Shown piece after piece: positions 11,447-18,983 of a stretch of 18,983 nt of DNA (position 1 is its first letter; every line of letters starts with the position of its first letter). The DNA comes from Octopus sinensis (lineage: Eukaryota), in the NCBI RefSeq assembly GCF_006345805.1, contig NW_021824382.1, positions 1 to 18,983 of the forward strand, written 5' to 3'. The position numbers were made by a program, and so were the translations under genes. Under the pieces are notes generated by a model, which did no database searches, was not told where the DNA came from, and saw nothing but the letters and a program-made list of their open reading frames with translations.

Positions 11447-11786
11447 TATATATGTGTATATATATATATTATATATATATATATATATATTATGTGTGTG
11501 TGTGTGTGTGGTGTGTGGGTGTGTGTACAGATATGCATATGTAAATGGCTATTCATATTTACATTATAAGCGCATGTGTTTTTAATTATCTTAATTAATT
11601 AAAATCTCATTAATAAAGTAGAAATTGGATGAGCGATCAGTAATTAAGAGTAACTAGTGTTCACTGCACATGTAGCATTACATGGCATATGAAGATCATG
11701 TATGTGCATTGCGGTGTATATACGTACACACCGAGACACACATATATGTTTATGCCTACACATAAAATACATAGGGACATATACAT

Positions 11787-11845
<59 letters not shown>

Positions 11846-11984
11846 TATATCCTTATTCCTATTAGCATGTAGAAACACATATGTGTATATATATATGTGT
11901 GTGTATAATACTTAGACATAACTATGGATCTCTGTGTATACAAACGCAAACGTTTGCAGTAATATGAATATGCATATATATGTA

Positions 11985-12015
<31 letters not shown>

Positions 12016-12215
12016 AGATATCTTTATATATACCTTTATACATGCAAAGATATACGCACCTATTATTATATAATGATTCATTTTCTAAATGCACTATGCA
12101 GTTTACAAAGTAGCTATACACATGTATAGACAAATATATATGCATGCGTTCATGCACATGCGCATAGTTTTTGTGTGTGTGTACACATATACCTGCATAC
12201 CTATATGTATATATC

Positions 12216-12423
12216 TAAAGGGAAAGTTTACGAAAATAAACAAAAGACGAAGGCAGGTGGAGTACAAACAAACAAATGTATTAGTATAGCGCTCAGGAAT
12301 AGAAACAGTCTTTTACGTTTCGAGCCTACGCTCTTCGACAGATACACAGAAAAAAACAAGGAGAGAAACAAGGAGAGAGAAAAAGGGAGAGAAAAATACG
12401 TGTAGGAGCTAACGATCTATCAT
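12216..12423 (-). mobile_element. Family X copy 3 (inverted)
   Basis: The - strand reads CTGTCGA-A-GAGC-gtag-GCTC-GAAA-C-GTA-aaaga (12341 to 12309); the ends coincide with those of copy 1. Confidence 0.87.
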
Positions 12424-12962
12424 CTATCTCTCTAGCTGATCCCAACTTGGTGTTGATATAACCGTCAGTCTAAGGCTCTAGAAATTCATTGTTACGTTTC
12501 ATTAGCAATGGAGACTAATCAACAGCACATTGTACGAGATATTATACTGAGAAGTGGAGTTGATGAGAATCAGTGGAAAGATATCTGACCATGGCAGTCC
12601 AGTTGACAGAATAGATCTGATATAGACAAATTCATGAGAATGTATACTACGAACTCACTGGCGTCTTTGAAATTCGGAGCAACGTTTTGATGGAGAGTCG
12701 ATTGTCATTGGGAAGGTTGCAAAGAGCAGCGAAAGAGCTTTGACAAACAGAACAGAAAAATCGGATATTTAATAAACGAGCGGAATTGAACCTATCTCCC
12801 AGGATACAGCAACATTTGTTTCAACACAGGAATTCACATAAAGAATCTTGCAAACCAGATACAAGAGCGAAATGATTCCACACTCTTATTCTACAAATAT
12901 TTTGTACCCTTCTTACAATATTAACGGCTTCTTCATTTGTTTTATGATACCTAGTCAATAAG

Positions 12963-13182
12963 CTCTCTCTCACTCTCCCTCCCGCTCCTCTCTCTTTCTC
13001 TCTCTCCCTCCTTCCTTCCCTCCCTCTCTGTCTCTCTCTCTATATATACATATATATACATATATATACATATATATATGTGTGTGTGTGTGTGTATGTG
13101 TGTATGCGAGTGTGTGTGTGTATACGTATATGTATATACACACACATATATGTGTATACATATGCATATATACATGCATACA

Positions 13183-13222
<40 letters not shown>

Positions 13223-13225
13223 GTG

Positions 13226-13274
<49 letters not shown>

Positions 13275-13382
13275 TGTATGTATATGTATTATATACATTC
13301 ATACATATAATGGGGTAATTGAGTAATATCCAGTAATGTAATACATAATGATCATGCCGGCGCACGTATACACGCACACACA

Positions 13383-13438
<56 letters not shown>

Positions 13439-13462
13439 CATATGTATACGTCTATATGTATA

Positions 13463-13508
<46 letters not shown>

Positions 13509-13621
13509 CATATGTATACGTATATATGTATATAATACACGTACATATGTATATATATATATATAACATATATATATATATATACATACATCTATATGTG
13601 TGTATATATATATATATATAT
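12963..13621. repeat. Compound microsatellite region (CT)n, (TG)n, (TA)n
   Basis: Directly visible; includes a local direct duplication tacatgtacatatgtatacgt at 13431 and 13501. Confidence 0.95.
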
Positions 13622-13696
13622 AAAAGGTGAAGTCAAACAATATTGTTTCAAGGGGAATCATTACTTTTGTTTGTTTTTACCATTATAGCTGACACC

Positions 13697-13711
13697 ACTA
13701 CTACTACTACA

Positions 13712-13762
<51 letters not shown>
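13697..13762. repeat. (ACT)n trinucleotide microsatellite
   Basis: Directly visible, one interruption. Confidence 0.97.
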
Positions 13763-13763
<1 letters not shown>

Positions 13764-14402
13764 TGCATTGCAGTAATGAGATAGTCCACCGTACCCTGTC
13801 ATGGTTATATAGTTTCCTGAAACATTATGGAACTGCCAATATCCTAATCAATACCATTGAATACTTAATATCATCCACTATTTGATATCGTTTGGATATC
13901 AAATATCACATCAGCCTTTTATTTATTTACAAATACATCAGATGAAAAAAATCAATACATCGATCATGATCGTTGATTATTCAAATATTTTTTGAATATT
14001 TCAATGTTTCGTATAATTTTTTGTGACATCCATGAATATTTTGCATCAAAAATTGTATATCTTAATACCGTGGCGTTAAGTGCTTTGACAACATGGCTTC
14101 TCGGCGATACGGTTTCGATAGTTCAGTCGTAGTATCGTCAGAGTTTCGCAGAAGAAAACCTTGCAGTATTGCTTCTTCGTGATTTTAACCGATCTGTGTT
14201 ACATATGCAAGTGATGCCACGTTCCTTATCGTTATCATCATCATCATCACTTTTGTTGGTAACTTAAAATACCTTTTCAAATAGAGCACCACTGAAATAC
14301 CGGAGTTTACACATGCACACACACACACACACACACACACTCTCTCTCTCTCTTTCTCTCTCTCACACACACTCACACTTATGTATGCATATATGTATAT
14401 AT

Positions 14403-14856
14403 ATAAAAGTAAAAACGACAAGCGAAACAATATAGCCAGTAAATGAAATTGTGCGCAGTGAATATATTAAGATGACGCTCGTTTAAGGGGAAAACAGATA
14501 ATGTGGCGTTTCGAAATGCTCTTAATCAGAAAGAGGAGGGAAAATCTCCGAAGAGAATGAATAAATAGTCAAGAAAAGCAAAAGAGTGGTTAAATGACTG
14601 AAGTACCCCACCCCACCATCACCCACCATATATATATATATTATATATGGTGGGGTGGGGTACTTCAGTCATTTAACCACACTTTTGCTTTTCTTGGACT
14701 ATTTTTTTCATTCTCTTCGGAGATTTTCTGCCTCCTCTTTCTGATTAAGAGCCATTCTCGAAACGCCACATTATCTGTTTTCCGCCTTAAACTGAGCGTC
14801 AATCTTAATATATTCACTGCGCACTTCCTTTCGGCTTTGTCGTCTTTTACTTTTAT
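14403..14856. repeat. Long inverted repeat: two head-to-head copies of a divergent family X-like element around a (TA)n spacer
   Basis: 14451-14619 is the reverse complement of 14647-14824 apart from small indels and a few substitutions; the outer ends 14403-14424 and 14835-14856 also pair. Confidence 0.93.
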
Positions 14857-14882
14857 TTTCGATTTACATATATATATATATT

Positions 14883-14942
<60 letters not shown>

Positions 14943-14984
14943 CATATTATATATATATATATAATATATAATATATATTGACTG

Positions 14985-15639
14985 TTTGACTGCTATTTCT
15001 AAATTCGGTATGTGGTAAGGCAATTCGTTGCTAACCCTTTATTGCTTAGTATTACTTAAATTTTCCTCGAATGAGCTTTTACATGCCGAAGACTACTTGG
15101 TGTAATTGATAATTATTCCAAATTAATTAATTTCACCCTTCATTATTACGGATAACCATATTTTATCTCAGTAGATGACCACAGCATCTTGTTTTGGCTA
15201 CACGCGGGTGGGAAGGGGCTGGTGACACAATCGTTTCATTCACAAATTGAATTCGGTGATACTAGTTGCGGATTCTAGCTCGCTCTGATACTGAGTTGAG
15301 TTGGTGCCTTCTAGTGTCTCAAAATCAATATATAATCATATTTATGATTATAGTATTCTACGCTGAAGAGAAAAGAAGTTTCGGGAAGATAGAATTATTT
15401 AATATTAAATATTAATTCTTATGCTTTCCTAAAAACTTGTTTTCGAAACGTACGTCCGTAGATAACTTAAAAAGTATGATAGATTGCCGTCAATTCATTC
15501 TCTCTTACCTGTTTGTGTCTGCCTCAAATTGCTGTTTTTACTGAATCTCCTTTTTAGTAGAAGAAATAGCTAAAACCTTTGACTGCTATTTTCTAATTCG
15601 GTTTTGTGGAAGGCAATTCGTTGCTAAACCCTTATTGCT
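14985..15639 (+). mobile_element. Retrozyme/PLE pseudo-LTR-like non-coding element, 593-bp period with 62-bp terminal direct repeat
   Basis: Direct repeats at 14985-15046 and 15578-15639 (tttgactgctattt...aaggcaattcgttgctaa...ttattgct). (TA)n on both sides, an internal hammerhead, and a homologous fragment at 18846-18983. Confidence 0.75.
15357..15462 (+). ncRNA. Type I hammerhead ribozyme, canonical core
   Basis: Stem I TCTACG (15357-62) pairs with CGTAGA (15457-62). CTGAAGA 15363-69; 75-nt stem II hairpin 15370-15444 closed by GAAAA/TTTTC; GAAA 15445-48; palindromic stem III CGTACG. GTC triplet with predicted cleavage after C15456. Confidence 0.88.
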
Positions 15640-15649
15640 AATATATATA

Positions 15650-15702
<53 letters not shown>

Positions 15703-15814
15703 AAATAATCAGAAAATGGAAGTAAACTTTAGATCAAAACCAAACAAATTGGACCACATCTGTAGGTTTCTTTTTTAATACAAGGCATGACGTAACATTT
15801 CTATGACATAACAA

Positions 15815-15930
15815 TTCTTACGGCTGTTTCCGCTACCAATGGTCATTTGGTGCCTACGAAAGAATTACGAACAGAATATTCGTCATCTTCATAGGATATT
15901 CGATCTAGTACATGGAGCTTCATCAGAGTA
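15815..15930 (-). ncRNA. Type I hammerhead ribozyme motif, partly degenerate
   Basis: The - strand has CTGATGA (15926-15920), an 89-nt foldable stem II (A-GCT-CCA...TGG-T-AGC-G; inner CCTATGAAGA/TCTTTCGTAGG), GAAA (15830-27), CAGCCG (near-palindrome CAGCTG) and a GTA triplet. Stem I is weak (TACT/AGAA). Confidence 0.65.
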
Positions 15931-16119
15931 AATAGAAAAGCATCAGATAAGACAAACCAAAGGAAGCGGGAATAGGATAGAACATGGCGTCAAGAAGAAG
16001 CCAGTAGGCTCCACATATTGAAATCATACCATCGTCCAGCGTAGAGCTTCGAAGTCGATTAACGATTAAGGATTATGGGATTAAGAACGCTGAACTGTGA
16101 ATCTCTTATTCTTGTATTC

Positions 16120-16491
16120 GTTTACCTTTTATAGTCATTTGATTGCGTTCATGCTGGAGCATCACCTTCAATGGTTTTAGTCGAACAAATCGACACTAGG
16201 ACTTATTTTGTAAGTCTAGTACTGATTCTGTCGTTCACTTTTACCGAACCGCTAGGTTACGAGGATGTAAACACACCTATACCGGTTGTCAAGCGGTGAT
16301 AGGGGCACAAACAAACAAACACACACACACACACACACATACATACATGTATACAACGGGCTTCTTTCAGCTTCCTTCCCACAAATCTACCCACAAGGAT
16401 TTGGTCGCCTAGAGCCTATGATTGAAGACACTTGTCCAAAGAACATATGGCTGGGAAGCAAGCTTCTTACCACACTGCTACACCTGCGTCT
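16120..16491 (-). mobile_element. SINE family C, near full length with internal (CA)n and a deletion over the B box
   Basis: The head tgtggtaagaagcttgcttcccagccatatg matches 6815-6845. About 25 bp present in the 6690-6862 copy is missing near 16440. A 3' half follows the microsatellite (cgcttgacaaccg...gctccagcatg...caaatgact). Confidence 0.82.
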
Positions 16492-16499
16492 ATTAAATA

Positions 16500-16677
16500 C
16501 ATACCTGGAACCAGTTCAAAACTTGGAACCACCTCAAATATGCGTACTCGAACCCATAAGAAGGTCCTTCACTATGCTGGTGAAGAGCGAGAGAATTTCT
16601 CCATTACAAAACACATTAAAAGGCTTTTATACGGGTTCGGATACGCGCCAAACTGTTTGCAACTGGTACCAAGTTTG
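16500..16677. mobile_element. Decayed MITE with imperfect TIRs, possible TA TSD
   Basis: Left catacctggaaccagttcaaaacttgg..gcgtactcgaaccc versus reverse complement of the right end caaacttggtaccagttgcaaacagtttggcgcgtatccgaaccc; TA on both sides. Confidence 0.6.
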
Positions 16678-16685
16678 TATTAGGA

Positions 16686-17046
16686 TTATTACCTCCGCCT
16701 TAACGAAGACGTGTTTGCTAACAGTCGTGTTTGTTTGTCCATGGACAAGATATCGCAAGAACCACTAGATGGATTCAGATGAAACCTTCAGGGTTGTTTG
16801 GCCTCGCAATCGGCACGAACTGGTTAGATTTGGAGATCGATCCGGTTCCGGACAAGGATTATGGATTATTTTTCCGTTTTTCTTTTACTTAATTTCTGAG
16901 AGCGGTCGGTTCATTTTTGGTATTCTCGTTTGTGGGATCTGTCGAGTTTATTTAAGATATCCTCATTTTTAAAAATCATCTCTGGCTAATCGTTGAGATG
17001 TTGGTGTTGTCTAGGCGAAGGTTTGTGCTCTATGAGTGCTCTTGTT
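16686..17046 (+). mobile_element. Non-autonomous Helentron/DINE-1-like element (HINE)
   Basis: 5' TTATT-ACCTCCGCCT subterminal repeat (16691-16700) pairs with AGGCGAAGGT (17013-17022, 9/10). Short (GTTT)n near the 5' end, 3' hairpin GTGCTC-tat-GAGTGC (17025-17039), T-rich ends. Confidence 0.75.
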
Positions 17047-17127
17047 GCTATTGGCTCTGTCATTCTTTTTATTTCAGCTTTTATGTTTGATTTTTTTTTT
17101 GGTAATCGAACCAAAGGCGCATCGCTT

Positions 17128-17398
17128 ATGGCCATGAGTTCGATACCTGACGTGTTCTGTCCTTGAGCAAGACACTTTATTTCACCTTACACCAGTTCCC
17201 TCAACTGGCAAAAATTAGATGGATCTGTATTTCAAAGGGCCAGCCTTGTCACTTTGTGTGCCACGCTGAATCTCCCTTGAGAACTACGTTAAGGGCACGC
17301 ATTGTCTGTGGAGTGCTCAGCCACTGGCGCGTTGATTTCAAGAGAAGGATGTTTCGTTGATCGGATCCTATGGAACACTCAGTGATGTAATTGACGGA
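17128..17398 (+). mobile_element. SINE family D (B box + CORE-like domain + tail 2), 5' end decayed
   Basis: gagttcgatacc B box; tgtccttgagcaagacactttatttcac..ccagttccctcaactggcaaaaat as in family A, then a different 3' region shared with 8600-8712. Confidence 0.75.
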
Positions 17399-17511
17399 AT
17401 ATCGGTTACTAATCCTGCTAAATGCACTTTCTGTTCCGGCAAAGGGTGCAAACGAATAAAAAGATTCCAATAGATTTGAACACAGAAATCGGAAACATCT
17501 TGATGCATTTC

Positions 17512-17656
17512 TAAGGCCAGCAATTTCGTGGGAGGGAAAAATCGATTACATCGACCCTAGTGCTTACCTTGTATTTATTTTATCGATTCCGATTGGCTGA
17601 AACACAAAGCCGACCTAGGTGAAATTTGAACTCAAAACTTAAGGACGGAAAATATG
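17512..17656 (-). mobile_element. SINE family E (Nin/Deu-like) fragment
   Basis: gattacatcgaccctagtg...ttttatcga...caaagccgacctaggtgaaatttgaactca is homologous to 7181-7275. Confidence 0.7.
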
Positions 17657-18086
17657 ATTACATTACATAGGCATACGGCATAAAATTTAGGGATTAATTA
17701 AGGTAAGTGACCTAGATCCCTGCGTAGAGACTATGAGGTTCCCAGGTAGATCTCTTTGTGTGGAAATATGGAGAGTTTTTGTACTGTAGACTCGGTTAAC
17801 TAAAGCCATGTAAATTACATTGGGTACAAGGAAACTATTAGGAAGCCGGTGAGAGGAAATGCTCAAGGAATTCAGAGATATTGACTAGTCGATAATCTCG
17901 ATTTACCCAATAACAAAATGGGCCAAACCAATCAGACACACACACACATTCATAGATATATTGTATAGACGACATGCGTATACTTACGTGCGTTATATGT
18001 TGCATGAAACGCACATATATACATCTATACACACACACGCAGACACATATGTACTTATACAATGAAATATATGGTTGTACACTCCG

Positions 18087-18160
18087 ATAGATAGATAGAT
18101 TGATAGATAGATAGATAGATAGATAGATAGAAAGATAGATAGACAGAGAGATAGATAGAT
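18087..18160. repeat. (GATA)n microsatellite
   Basis: Directly visible. Confidence 0.97.
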
Positions 18161-18169
18161 AATCATCAC

Positions 18170-18293
18170 ACATGTATGGCTACAACAATGCATGGATACA
18201 AACATGTATTTCTTATATATGCATATATATATATATATATATATATATGCATATATAAGAAATACATGTTTGTATCCATGCATTGTTTGTAGC

Positions 18294-18302
<9 letters not shown>
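18170..18302. repeat. Near-perfect 133-bp palindrome centred on (AT)n
   Basis: acatgtatggctacaacaatgcatggatacaaacatgtatttcttatatatgc-(AT)n-its reverse complement, with one 1-nt indel. Confidence 0.95.
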
Positions 18303-18362
<60 letters not shown>

Positions 18363-18415
18363 TATATACATACATATAAATATATACATATATATACATA
18401 TATATATGTGTGTGG

Positions 18416-18449
<34 letters not shown>

Positions 18450-18517
18450 TAATATCTATACATATATAATGTATATATATACATATATACATACATATAA
18501 ATATATATATGTGTATA

Positions 18518-18573
<56 letters not shown>

Positions 18574-18782
18574 TCTATGTATGTATGTATATGCGTAATT
18601 ATGTCACACCTTATTAGGCATTCAGATGTAAATAAATAATGCAAGGAATATGCTAGGCACAGATACATATACACATAGGCTCACAAGCACACACACACAC
18701 ATATGCATATATATATATATATACACACACATATGTATATTATATATACACATAGATATATATATATATATATATATATACA

Positions 18783-18836
<54 letters not shown>
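18303..18836. repeat. (TA)n-rich low-complexity region
   Basis: Directly visible. Confidence 0.93.
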
Positions 18837-18841
<5 letters not shown>

Positions 18842-18845
18842 CAAC

Positions 18846-18983
18846 AATTGAGGGTAAAATAATTAATTATTAATCAATTTCACCAAGTATTCAGTATGCA
18901 AAGGGACCATTTAAGGCGAATTCAAATTATTACATTATATAAAGGTCATAGTAAAATAAATTACTTTGCCGCATACTGAACTC
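18846..18983 (-). mobile_element. Fragment of a relative of the 14985-15639 element, runs off the window
   Basis: agggtaaaataattaatt..atcaatttcaccaagta..taaagg..tgccgcatactgaa matches the reverse complement of ~15002-15143; next to (TA)n. Confidence 0.7.

Noticed and set aside
12486-12531. Hammerhead-like CTGTTGA-TTAG...CTAA-T-GAAACGTA on the - strand
   Set aside because: The core is variant and there is no convincing stem I; it is single-copy in this window.
12570-12720. Possible Tc1 transposase remnant (QWKDI, RFDGESIVIG)
   Set aside because: The similarity is too faint, no DDE motifs are recognisable and no TIRs were found.
13643-13885. Poly-Thr mucin-like ORF
   Set aside because: It is produced by the (ACT)n microsatellite, with no other coding evidence.
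14105-14146. Hammerhead-like CTGACGA...GAAACCGTA on the - strand
   Set aside because: There is no stem I complementarity, and stem II pairing overlaps core bases; it is chance or too decayed to call.

Overview
This is eukaryotic, AT-rich, repeat-dominated DNA with no credible host protein-coding gene. The SINE families look like those of Octopus/coleoid cephalopods (recognition from memory, not a database result). Contents: about 16 tRNA-derived SINE copies or fragments from several modular families; a CR1-type LINE 3' end; a decayed Penelope-like (PLE) reverse-transcriptase fragment; a MITE with an 8-bp TSD and internal telomere-like repeats; a second decayed MITE; a Helentron-type non-autonomous element; and many microsatellites. 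Nearly all ORFs in the supplied track are translations of microsatellites or SINEs. The most notable signal is a cluster of type I hammerhead-ribozyme motifs in short non-coding elements at (TA)n tracts. One motif is fully canonical (15357-15462) and lies in a 593-bp unit with 62-bp terminal direct repeats. A second, convergent motif lies at 15815-15930. A ~180-210-bp family has three close copies and two divergent copies, all with variant minimal hammerhead cores. Two (TA)n-centred palindromes may be real foldback duplications or assembly artefacts.
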